Shown piece after piece: positions 19,654 through 30,300 of a stretch of DNA of 64,000 nt (position 1 is its first letter; the number at the start of each line of letters is the position of its first letter). The stretch lies in contig CBDFJF010000002.1 in the NCBI GenBank assembly GCA_965248265.1, forward strand, positions 3,648,001 through 3,712,000, given 5' to 3'. The notes beneath the pieces are model-generated. The model saw only the letters and a program-made list of their open reading frames with translations, was not told where the DNA came from and made no database searches. The translations under genes and the position numbers were made by a program. Origin of the DNA: Candidatus Latescibacterota bacterium. GTDB taxonomy: Bacteria > Latescibacterota > UBA2968 > UBA8231.

Positions 19654-22600
19654 CTACTTCAACAACGTCATCCTCTTCGTGATTCCAGCACCAGCGCCTC
19701 CTTCTACCCGGTACAGATAGACACCACTGGCCGCCTTTCTGCCATCTGCATCGCGCCCGTCCCATAGGACTTCGTGGCTGCCGGAGCGCACCTCCTGATC
19801 ATCAAGCAAGAGTCGGACCATCTGGCCTGCCGTGTTGTAGATGGCGAGTCGTATCCGCGCACCGGAGGCGCTGCCCTCACCGGACTCAAACAGATTCCAG
19901 TCAGGAACAATGAACGGTATGGTGGTCTCTGGGTTGAATGGATTCGGGTAGTTGTTTCCCAGTTCCAGCATCGTGGGGAGGGTGTTTCCTCCTCCCTCTA
20001 CTTTGATCCCATGCGTCGTCCTGTTCGCCGCCCGATCCTGAACGGTGATCTCCAGGTAGTGATCGCCTGCGCCTACCGGGTCCGTCGGAGTCCATTCCAA
20101 CAGGCCGCCATCGATCGTCACGTCACCGACCCGCACGCCATCCAGGCTTACGGATATCGTTTCCAGGTCGACGCCACTGCCTCCATCCGTCAGCATCGCC
20201 TGCAACATCGAGCGTTGTGCGGTCGGTGCACTGATAATCTGGATCTCGGGACCGCGACCATCTCGCATGATGGCATAGCGGCCAAAGCGACTGAAACTCA
20301 TGACCTCGGTGGACCCGGCCACGTAGACCCACTTGCCACTCTCCTGCCGGTACAAGCCGTCTGCAGCGTCGTACTTTGCCGAGACCAACCTGAGGGCCGC
20401 CGCTTGCTTGAGATCTAGCTGTACGGGAAACAGATTCACGGCGGCACGCATGGTGAGTTCGGGGTGCAGTCCATCATTCGACCCGCCAGCCCCGCTCACC
20501 ACCATCTGCTGGTCTGAAACTCTCTCACTGTCCCGCTGCAACAGAACCTTGGTATCGCGCTCGACCGCACCAGCAGGTACCGTTACTTCGACATCACCCT
20601 GGCGGAGTGCAATCGCTTTGCCGGCAGTCGCCGTGCCAATGACGACGGAGGCAGAAGCCTGAACGTCAGTTCCTAGTTGGGTCTTGGCCTGCGCGGAAAC
20701 CGTCACTTCGCCTGCCTGGCCGGGCGGAATGACTGCACGGCCCGACCAGATCAGAATGCCCCTGCTTTCCAGTTGGGTCTCAATCTGAGTCACCGCAACG
20801 GTCGTATCGGTTGTGCCAAAGGAGAACACGACCGATGGAATACTCGCCAGTTCAGCCCTCGACATCACGAACAGGTTGAGGAACTCGACGTTGGTGGCAT
20901 TCGGTATGACGCGGACGGAGAACGAGATCTCGTCGGGCGACTCCACGACACGAACGACCATGTCCCCGAGCGCCCGGAATCCTCCACCCAGCTCAACGGA
21001 GAACGACAGCGTGTCCGAGCCTATTCGGTTGCCGAGAGCCGTGAGCGTGAGCTTGTGAGGCGGTAGCGGATCTATGAACGGTATCGTTATGGTCTGTCCT
21101 GACACCGACCAGATTGCCGTATTGGCCTCAGTGCCGTCCGGAAGGAAATCATTCAATGTGATGGTGCTGTCGGCGTCCCCCGCTGCAATGACAATCTCAG
21201 TAAACTCCTTCAGCGGCAGCGTGGCCAGTGATGGGTCTTGAGCGATGACGTTGATCGTGTCTCGGCCGGTCACGCCGATGGCAGTGTTCGTGGCGATGAA
21301 GACGACCTCCGTCTTCAAAGTATCAGATGAGAAGGCGGTTACCGTGTTGTCATCATTCACTTTGATGAAGAGGCCCTGTCCATCACCGACGATTTTTGCG
21401 CTCCATTCGATAACCGAATCCGGATGGGCTTCCGAGTCAAAGATGAAATCATTCAGCTGGAGACCACTGAATGCACCGCCGGCGATAAAGGATATGTCTG
21501 GTATGGAACGCAACGTAAGAATGTCACTCAGCCCAAAGTAGCGGACGGTCGTACTCGCTTTCTCAGTGCGCCCGAGGGAATCCGTGGCGACGAATTCCAC
21601 CGTATCAGTACCGGCGCTGTCGCTGAACGCGATCACCTTGGTGTCCCCACTCAGCAGGATGAAACCGACAGAGCCCGGCCTGGTGATATTCCACGTTATG
21701 CTGCTGCGAGAAATCAGCGGGGAAATCGTCAGATGATCATCCAGATCCAGTATTTCCGTCGGGATCAACCCCACCTCCGCCTGCAATGGCCCGATAGCGG
21801 GCTTGATCTCGAACAACCCCTCGCCCCCCTTCCCACCAGACTTAACGGTCACCAGCACCGTATCCTGCCAGGAGCGCCCACCGGGATCGATTACCTGAAA
21901 AATCACCGTTTCAGTCCGAAAAATAGCGCTTTCGGGGGCAAAAAAGGTCACCAGATTCGACAGCGGCGCGACACCAACCTGAAGATTGTCGCGATCGAAG
22001 TCACCGAGCACCTGCCAGGTCAACTCCTGCGGAGTATTGTCCGCGTCATGCGAGTAGTCGTCGAGGTCTATGTCCTTGTTCTGGTCGCCCCGATCCAGGA
22101 CGATATCCGGAATGCCGCCGACGACAGGACGGCCATCGGAGGAGTAAATCCGCAGCGTCAATTTGTCCGTCTGGTTACCCGGATCGGATACCGTCAGATC
22201 GACGGACTCGTAGCCGACGAAATCGGGAGGCGACTGTACGCTTAGCTGGCGTGCCTCATTGACGCTGATGTCCGTCGTATGCAACGGCGGGACAGCCCAT
22301 CCCAGCTCATTGTCAGCGTTGTCGGGGTCCTCGACGAAATCGTCCAGGTTCTGCAGGTCGCGCCCGCCTCCGGAAGAGAGCCGAATTGGAAAATCACTCG
22401 GAAAGACATCTGGAGGCAGGGCCTCGGCTGCCTCGAAAAAGATGATCATCGTGTCCTTGAGACTGTCGGGATCGGCTACTTCGAAGCTGACGCGACCATC
22501 GCCGACGAAAAGGGCGTCGCCCGTAACCTGCACGAGCTTGCTACCGTCTCCGCTGCGCGTCGTGTCGGCGAAAAAATGTCCTTCAGGGTCATCTACCCAT

Positions 22601-24075
22601 CTGAAAACGAGGCTGTCCAGCGGTGTGTCTACATCCCTGACGATCTCGTCGAAGCGGAAATTCCTGGTGCTGCCCCGGCTGATACGCGGATTGCGCTCGC
22701 TTTCGGGCAGAATGAACTCGGGCGCATCGGCCACACCTTCGACCTCGACGATGACTCGCAGCGTATCTCGCCCACGGGCTTCATCCTGAACCAGCACCCG
22801 CAACGAGTCCACGCCGGAAAAATCCGGCAGCGCCCACACCAGCAACTGGTGCGTAAGCTGATCGTCATCCCCTCTGATTCGCGCGTTCGTAGCGTTGGTC
22901 CCAACCGGGAGCGAGACCGCGTACACAAGGCCGTCATCCGGGTCCGCCAAATCCGGATCATCGACCATCCTGTCGAGATCGACTCCCTTGAACGCTATTC
23001 GTGCATCGAGTGAAAAACCTTCGGCGATAAAGGTGTGCTCGTCTTCCCTGAAGCGCACAGTGTCTCGTTTGACCCCGTCCGGTCCTCTTTCCAACGGACG
23101 ACCCAGAAAATCTCGGACAAATACAGGCGGATTATTGACGATTATATCAGAGAACTCGAACGAAGAAGGCACCGGTCCGGGAAAACGAACTCCGGCAATC
23201 GAATCCTGTGCTGTCCATATGACTCGTGTCCGTCCCGACCAACCCAGAAGAGGACGCACCTTGACGATGTTGCCATTGGGATCGATTTCGATCTCGAGGC
23301 TGTCAGTGGAGACCGGCGGTGTCAGTGAAAAGCTCCACTTCAGAGAGTCGATCGGTGACAGAACATTCGAGACGTAGGTGTTGAGTGAACCGATCTGTAC
23401 CGAGTCGGCCTCGCCAGGAAGCAGGATTACGTCTGGTATGTCAAAGAGTTCGAGGCCAAGGATATTGATCTCCATCCCCTGCGGAGCCGATCGAAACTGC
23501 CGCTCGCCCCCATCTGCAAGGATGACGCGTGTTTCGCTGATGGGATTTGAGTGGATACGTATTTGTGAGTTTTCCGCCGGCCGAATGGCTCGGAGTTGAA
23601 ACGTAGCGACCACGCCCTGGCCCGAACGACTTCGCTGTGCACCCACGCCTGGCCCCAACACGACCCGGTAATCGAGCAACATCAGATCGTCAGTGACCCC
23701 AAGGGCGTCATCGGACGAAACGAGCAGGTTGCGCTGCTCACCAGCTCCTTCAAACAACGGCCCGGGCACGAACGGCTGGTGCCCGGCGTTCGCCTGTCTC
23801 GATGTGTCGGCACCAGCGGTTATGTCGACGGGCCTCTGATCGGTTACAATGAAATTGTCCCTGGGAACGGTGACGAAGACGGCGATGCCGGAGGCTTCGA
23901 TGTTGCCCAGATCAGCCAGAATCTCAATGGTAACCGACTGGCCTATCTGGAGCTGGACCTGATCCCTGTTGGTGCCAGCCTCTCGCAAGCGGATGCTGTT
24001 CTGAGCGGTCGCCTGACTGGCGCCAATGACGACGAAGCACAGAACGACAAGGCATAATGTTCCGGCTACTTTCAT
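19654..24075 (-). CDS. Large secreted protein: cohesin-like N-domain, ~8 tandem cadherin/Ig-like repeats, C-terminal FlgD-Ig/T9SS-type sorting domain
   Basis: Signal peptide from ATG 24075; repeats of the IPD(I/V)...LDD(Y/F)xxDxD...L(T/K)W type; C-terminal NYPNPFNPETTIPF...WDGRD...ASGVYLY. Confidence 0.85.
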   Translation of the reverse strand: MKVAGTLCLVVLCFVVIGASQATAQNSIRLREAGTNRDQVQLQIGQSVTIEILADLGNIEASGIAVFVTVPRDNFIVTDQRPVDITAGADTSRQANAGHQPFVPGPLFEGAGEQRNLLVSSDDALGVTDDLMLLDYRVVLGPGVGAQRSRSGQGVVATFQLRAIRPAENSQIRIHSNPISETRVILADGGERQFRSAPQGMEINILGLELFDIPDVILLPGEADSVQIGSLNTYVSNVLSPIDSLKWSFSLTPPVSTDSLEIEIDPNGNIVKVRPLLGWSGRTRVIWTAQDSIAGVRFPGPVPSSFEFSDIIVNNPPVFVRDFLGRPLERGPDGVKRDTVRFREDEHTFIAEGFSLDARIAFKGVDLDRMVDDPDLADPDDGLVYAVSLPVGTNATNARIRGDDDQLTHQLLVWALPDFSGVDSLRVLVQDEARGRDTLRVIVEVEGVADAPEFILPESERNPRISRGSTRNFRFDEIVRDVDTPLDSLVFRWVDDPEGHFFADTTRSGDGSKLVQVTGDALFVGDGRVSFEVADPDSLKDTMIIFFEAAEALPPDVFPSDFPIRLSSGGGRDLQNLDDFVEDPDNADNELGWAVPPLHTTDISVNEARQLSVQSPPDFVGYESVDLTVSDPGNQTDKLTLRIYSSDGRPVVGGIPDIVLDRGDQNKDIDLDDYSHDADNTPQELTWQVLGDFDRDNLQVGVAPLSNLVTFFAPESAIFRTETVIFQVIDPGGRSWQDTVLVTVKSGGKGGEGLFEIKPAIGPLQAEVGLIPTEILDLDDHLTISPLISRSSITWNITRPGSVGFILLSGDTKVIAFSDSAGTDTVEFVATDSLGRTEKASTTVRYFGLSDILTLRSIPDISFIAGGAFSGLQLNDFIFDSEAHPDSVIEWSAKIVGDGQGLFIKVNDDNTVTAFSSDTLKTEVVFIATNTAIGVTGRDTINVIAQDPSLATLPLKEFTEIVIAAGDADSTITLNDFLPDGTEANTAIWSVSGQTITIPFIDPLPPHKLTLTALGNRIGSDTLSFSVELGGGFRALGDMVVRVVESPDEISFSVRVIPNATNVEFLNLFVMSRAELASIPSVVFSFGTTDTTVAVTQIETQLESRGILIWSGRAVIPPGQAGEVTVSAQAKTQLGTDVQASASVVIGTATAGKAIALRQGDVEVTVPAGAVERDTKVLLQRDSERVSDQQMVVSGAGGSNDGLHPELTMRAAVNLFPVQLDLKQAAALRLVSAKYDAADGLYRQESGKWVYVAGSTEVMSFSRFGRYAIMRDGRGPEIQIISAPTAQRSMLQAMLTDGGSGVDLETISVSLDGVRVGDVTIDGGLLEWTPTDPVGAGDHYLEITVQDRAANRTTHGIKVEGGGNTLPTMLELGNNYPNPFNPETTIPFIVPDWNLFESGEGSASGARIRLAIYNTAGQMVRLLLDDQEVRSGSHEVLWDGRDADGRKAASGVYLYRVEGGAGAGITKRMTLLK

Positions 24076-24133
24076 TTTTCCCCTAAAAAACTCCGCAAAA
24101 TACACATGATGGACCCCTTCACACGGTTAAAGG

Positions 24134-24148
24134 GCAAAATGCGTGCCT
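24134..24148 (-). promoter_or_regulatory. Putative sigma54 (-24/-12) promoter
   Basis: Minus strand AGGCACGCATTTTGC (GG-N10-GC; one mismatch to TGGCACGNNNNTTGC), about 60 nt upstream of ATG 24075. Confidence 0.65.
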
Positions 24149-24279
24149 GCGGACGAACGTCGATTCCATCGACGTTTTATGCCTTAGCGCTCTGCTGTAT
24201 TCGACCTCCTTTTCGCTATCAATAAATATAACAGTCTGGTGATCGAGCGGTTCCCTGGCCGCCATGGTGGGTGTTACGC

Positions 24280-24326
24280 AAAAAAAAGAGAGGCGCACCC
24301 GGGACAATCCCGAGTACGCCTCTTTT
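24280..24326 (-). terminator. Rho-independent terminator after the 2135-aa gene
   Basis: Minus strand AGAGGCGTACTCGGGA-ttg-TCCCGGGTGCGCCTCT stem followed by an 8-T tract. Confidence 0.85.
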
Positions 24327-24358
24327 CAACTACTACCTCATGTAGTCGCCCAAGGCGG

Positions 24359-27300
24359 CTACTTGACCAGCATCATCTTGCGGATCTGCGAGAATTCACC
24401 GGCTTCCAGGTTGTAGAAGTAGACGCCGCTGGCGACGGCCCTACCCTGGGTGTCGGCACCATCCCACTTGAGGTTGTAGGTCCCCGCCTTCATCCTGTTG
24501 TCCACCAGCGTGCGAACGGTCTGTCCGAGCTGGTTGTAGATGCGCAGCTTGACGTCCCTTGCCGTGGGGATGTCGAACTTGATCTCCGTGGACGGATTGA
24601 AGGGGTTCGGGTAGTTCTGGTGCAGAGCCGCTATCGTGGGCAGTGCCGGTGCGCTGTCAACCTGCATCTGCACGCCTTGATAGTTGCTGTTCACCAGGTT
24701 ACCCGAGGCGATGTCGATGACACCGGGCTCATCGCCGAGCGTTACGAAATGCACGGTAACGAGATCAGCATCACCCCTCGCCGACCAACCCCGGCCGATA
24801 CGTGAACCAGTAACCTCGATCACGCCCGGCTGGACCCGCTGGAAGAAGAGCGAGCCGGCGGAGTTCTCGTCGAAGATGTCGCCCTGCTCCACGGCCTGAT
24901 CGGCTTCCAACGGCCTGACTAACTCAGGATCGTAGGTCATCGTCATACCGTAAGCAGTGACATCGTTCATACCCTCGACCGTCGCCGTCAGCTCGAAGAC
25001 CTTACCAGGCCACCAGGCTTCGACGTCTTCCATGCCCTCTACGCGGGCGATGGCACCGGCATTGTCTCCACCCACCACCGGCTTGAAGACCGGAGGTGCG
25101 CCGAACTTGTTGAAGTTCGTTGAGACGAACCCGATGTCGAGGGAGTTGATCACTCCGTCATTGTTGATGTCGGCGTCGCGGACGAAACCCGCATCAGCCG
25201 GTGTGAGGTTCCACACCGCGAAGATCTGGTTGGCGTCGGCGATGTCGACCTGATTGTCGCCTGTGGCGTCACCACCGAGCAGGAAGCCCAATGGGGTCGC
25301 CGGTGACAGGTCGCCGAGGGCGTCAGAGCCAAACGTCGGCTCGATAGCCTGCGTCAACCCGTTGAACAGGTTCAGCGTGTCGGTGCGACCCGTGACATAG
25401 CCAGGAGCCTTCACCGTCAACTCATAGATTCCTGGTGGAATCTGGATGAGCTGGAAGGTGCCGAAGCTGCTCGTGGGCACGTTGACGGAGTCCTCGAGGA
25501 CGCCGCCACCCAGATCCACTGGCGTACTGTCGTTGGATGCGATGTAGGCCTGGTCGGTGACGTCCTTGGTGCTACCGACCTCGCGCAAATGCACATCCAT
25601 CGTGTCAGCGTAATCCGAACGACCCTCCAACGGTACCGTCACCAGCAGGCGAGCCCGCGGTGTCAATATAACATTGGCGTCACGTGTCGGAGCTGCCAGT
25701 TGATTGATACCTCGATACAGCGCGGTGGTGCGCCCACTCTCCGTCGACCACTGCAACAGCGTGTCGAGCGGGGCGCCGCCGTCGAACTGCTTGACCAGCA
25801 GTCGTAGCGTCGCCGACACCTGAGAGCTGTCGAACGGCGTCGTCACGCGGCCGATAACCTCACCGGTCACGGAGAACTCGACGAAGTTCAGTTTCAGGAA
25901 CTGGGCATCACCCGTTGAGGTGTCGTTCTGGGCGATCGTGCTCGGCGCCTGGAAGGCCCCGACCGAGTCCACAAACGGCTGCACACCGGCTGTCACCGTG
26001 TCCTGATCGATCACCTCGAAGTACCTACGTGGCACGTCGAGATGAAGGGCGAACAGGTCAGTACTGCTACCCTGGGAGTTGATGAGGATGTCGAAGTCCA
26101 GGGTATCTCCGGAACTGGCAGTCAGCGCAGCCGGACCCATCTCAATGCTGTAGAGCGGATCCGTGCCGACCACGGACAGCGTTCCAGGTGCTTTCGACAG
26201 CACGGCTCTCTGTGCCTGCGAGCCGATACCGGTCGCGACCGAGTCGATCACTTCACTGATGTAGATATTCTCACCAAACCGTGGATTCGAACTGCCAGCG
26301 ATGAAAATATCGAACGTGGAGCCGCCCGCCAGCGCCGGGAACGAGGTCGTCTTCGTGTCCCAGTTGAAGAACTTGGGATCGCTCTCACGAATCGTCTGGA
26401 CGTGCGCGTTGGTCGTATCCGCACCAGTGATACTGTTGATGAGCAGCACGTCGGCATTACCGGTGCCGAGGCCGTTCATGTTACCTTCCAGCTGCGTCAG
26501 CGTGGAGTACTTGTTCGCTGGCGCGGCGTAGAGACGCAGGTAGGCATCGTCGGTGCCGGTGCCGTCATCGATCAGGAAAGCATCGTATTCCAGACGAATG
26601 ACATCACCGTTGATGAGGGTCTGTCCACCCGACGGCGGCGTCTTCATCGTCACCTTCGGTGCGCTGGAGGCGGGGCTCTCCTGTGTGCCGACCAGGAGCA
26701 CAGCGCCGCCCAACGATACACGGACGTTACCTGAGGAGCCGTCGTTGACGACCGCGTAGACCCACGCGGTATCAGTCGTGGCACCAACCTGGTAGGCGAA
26801 CGGGTTGGCCGAGTTGCCCGGCAAAGCAGCAACCGGAGCTGGGTTCTGCCGGAACACCTTCGGCAGGACACCCGGAGGATTGGCAAGATCCCAGACGAAC
26901 TGGTCTCCGCCCCCTTCGTCGTCCTCGGACAAACCGCTGATGATGAGCACGGCAGCACCCGAGTCAGTCCCCGTCGTAGCTACCAGGTCGGTCGAGTCCG
27001 TGCCAGAGAAGTCCTTGACGGCCGGATCGAGACCTGTGTAGTAGAGGGAGATCGTGGCGTTGTCATCGATGTCGACATCGGATCGACCACGCTGCCACTG
27101 GAACGTGTACTGCGTCTGCCCCTGCGTTGTGTTGATCTTGCGAGTTTCACCCGCGAGTGGTGCCGTGAATTCGAAGGCCGGCGAGTGGCGGATTGCGAGC
27201 GTCTGGGTAGACTTGCCCACTATCGTGCTGTCGCCGTCGGTCACCACAGCGTAGATGAAATAATTGCCCTGGGCAATCACCGAATCACCGGCGGCGCCCT

Positions 27301-30300
27301 GCGCGGTGACATCGAAGTCGAACTCGAAGTCGTCGTCCGTGCGCAGAGAGTCGGACAGCTGGACCGGTGTAGCACCAGCCAGTTCCAACGTCGCGTTCGG
27401 GAATATGCCGGCAGATATCGACGCATTGCTGTCGACCAAAGCGCTGGAGGTCGAAACAAAGAGCCGCACCTGGGCGTTGTCGTTGAAGTCGACGATCGTG
27501 AACAAGACCTTGAACGGATTCGTCTTCGACAGATCATCGAACTCACCGGTGTCGACGGTGTCGGTACCGGTCGGCGTGATCTGCTTGACCAGCGGAATAT
27601 GCCGGATGGTCAAGGGACCTTCACTGACGTCGAACACCGGGGGGTTGGCCCCGTCGTCGGCGACAGCGTAGATGAAGAAGGTTCCGTCCAGGATCTTGGT
27701 GATCGACTGGAAACCGTAGGCCGTCTGCAAGGTCAGGCCCGGGTTGTCCCAGGAGTAATCCTGGATATTGGTGTTGGATGTGCTTTCGGTCAGATCACCA
27801 CTACCGTCGGCGGCCAGTGATCCACTGGTAAAACCGGCGGTAAAGGCGTCGTTCTCATCGACGATGAGATTGCCGAAGGTGCGGATGTCGAGGACGCTCG
27901 TCAGACCGTTGTCCGGATAAGCGTACAGCTCCATCTGCAGTGAGTCGGCTCCCGTCGGACCTGTGGTAGCACCGACGTCGTCGTCATCGTCAAAGATCAC
28001 GTAACGGATCGTGAACGACTCATTGGCGAAACCGCTTGTGCTCGCACTCGGCGCCACAACTCGGACCACCGGTGCCACGTTGGCAGCGACGATGGCGATG
28101 TTGGCACCCATCTGGAAATAACTGCCAACCGGTGCCTCGCGTTCATCGCCTTGAGCCGCGTTCACGCCGACGTCGGCGACACCCGGGCGGGCGGCATCCA
28201 CACGGACCCCCTTGACGTAGGTGCCTGCGTGAGAACCTGCCGCGACGGCTCCGGGCCTTAGACTAATGCTCTGCGACACGCTCTGTTGCCCCGTGCCGCT
28301 AGGTCGCGCAGCCGAGCTCTGACTGATCACGAACAGGTTGTCAGCGGAGTCGGATGCCAGCACGTTGAGCTTGACCAGCAAGCCCACCTTGTCGGTATCG
28401 TCACCCCACTCGCCAAGGCCGACAGAGCCATCCTCGTCGTTCTGGCCCTGCCACACACCGTTGTCGTTCGTCGCCTCGACATCGTTGGCGATGCCTTTAG
28501 CGACGAAGGTGAGCGGAAAGTTTGCCGGGTCCAGGCTAGCAACGCCCATCGATGAGAACTGGATACTACGCCACTGCCCGGTCAGGAACCCACCCGGCGC
28601 ACTTGACGTCGACGGCGTTGTCGCACCGATACCAGCCCCGTTGGCGTTGTCGCCGACGGTGATGTGGACCAGGTTTCTGGACGACGTGGCCTGCGGGTTC
28701 ACAGGATTATAAACCAGGTTGTAGGCGAACCCGCCGACTGGCGTGGACTTGTCCTCATCCGTGATCACACGGCCGAGGATCTTGAAGTACGGAAGCGGAG
28801 CGATATTAGAATTGCTCAGCGCTGCCGAACCGCGTCCAGCCTGGTCCTGTCCCTGTGCAACTGCCAGGGGTCCCGTAGCGAGACCGGCGGCTATCGGCGA
28901 CCCACCCACGAAGGTCAGGTAAACGTTCGAATCCCCGGAAATCATGGCGATGTCGGGCTCGAACAGTTCCGGGTGCTTCTCGAGCACGCCGTCGTCATGG
29001 ATTGCCCCGTTGTTGGCAGCCGAGGCCACCACCTGAGGCAACTCCCACTCCTGCCCGTTGAAGCGGCTGTACAAGATTTTGACAGCCTGGCCGGTACCCC
29101 CAGTTACATCTCTCGAAACAGCGTCATTGCTGCCGGCGCCGGAGAAGACGATGTGCAGATCTCCCTGGTCGGCGCGGCGGTCGTCGACGACGGCTCCGAT
29201 GCGGTCAGAGAAAGCCCAGTGGTTCTCTATCTGGTAGCCACGCATGTTCTGGAACAGCGGGGCCGGATTACCCGTGGTGTATGTTGCAGCGGCGGCCACG
29301 TTGGTCGGGAACGCCTGGGTGGGCGTGCCGTCGAACGAGCCAGGACCGATGCCACCGTCGTAGCTGTAGAAATCGTAGTTGATGTTCTCGTCGTTGCCGT
29401 CAGTACCGGCGGCGGCGTCCGTGTGTTTCCACAGCACGTAGATCCGGTCCGGACTGCGCTGCCTGTCGACGACGACGGTGGAAAAGATATGTACTGCGCT
29501 ATTGCCCACAGCTTGCGCTGCAAAGGTGCGGTCACTCGATAGTCCGCCACCAGCAGTATTGGCTGCAATTATAGCAGCCGTGGGCCCCAAGCCGAGGTTG
29601 GCGGGCTCGTCATCGAGTGACCCGACGACATCTCCGCCCACACCTTGGTTCCAACCCGCCGCGGACACGTCATCCCACACGCTGGCTGGAACGGTCTTGT
29701 GCACGATAGACTCTACACCGGCTCCGTTTTCGTCATACCAGGAAACGTGAAGAACATCGTCATCCCCCACGGCGATGTCCGGAGCCCGACCACTGGATCC
29801 GTCTAGATCGACGCGCACGCCACCGCGACTGGCCGTATTGCCGGTCGAACCGATCTGCACGGCTTGCGCGCTGCCACCCGTGAGGCTGTCAGCGTCCATC
29901 TTGGCCACGATGACATCCTCAAAATTGGCCGTAGCGTTATTGAGCTGCCGCTCGTAGACGATGAAACAGTCGTCCGTCAAGGTGATGGCCATACGCGGGA
30001 ACGCATTGCTGCGCCCCTGGACAGTGGCCGTGTCGTTGACGACAACCGCATCGTTCGCCGGCAACCAGGAACTGCCGCCGTCATTGGAGTAGTTGAAGTA
30101 GATATTGTCGTACCCCTTACGGTCATTACCGGTACCAGTGGTAGTCTGGTTTTCGGTTATGCCTCCGGTCACGCCATCCGGAGAATGGTCCATCGCGTAC
30201 ACCACACGCGGATTTCCTCTGCCGTCAACGACGATATCGACGGTCGAGAAACCAGAGTCCATCGTCATGCTGGAGGTGATCAGATCAAAGCGCAGAGTTC

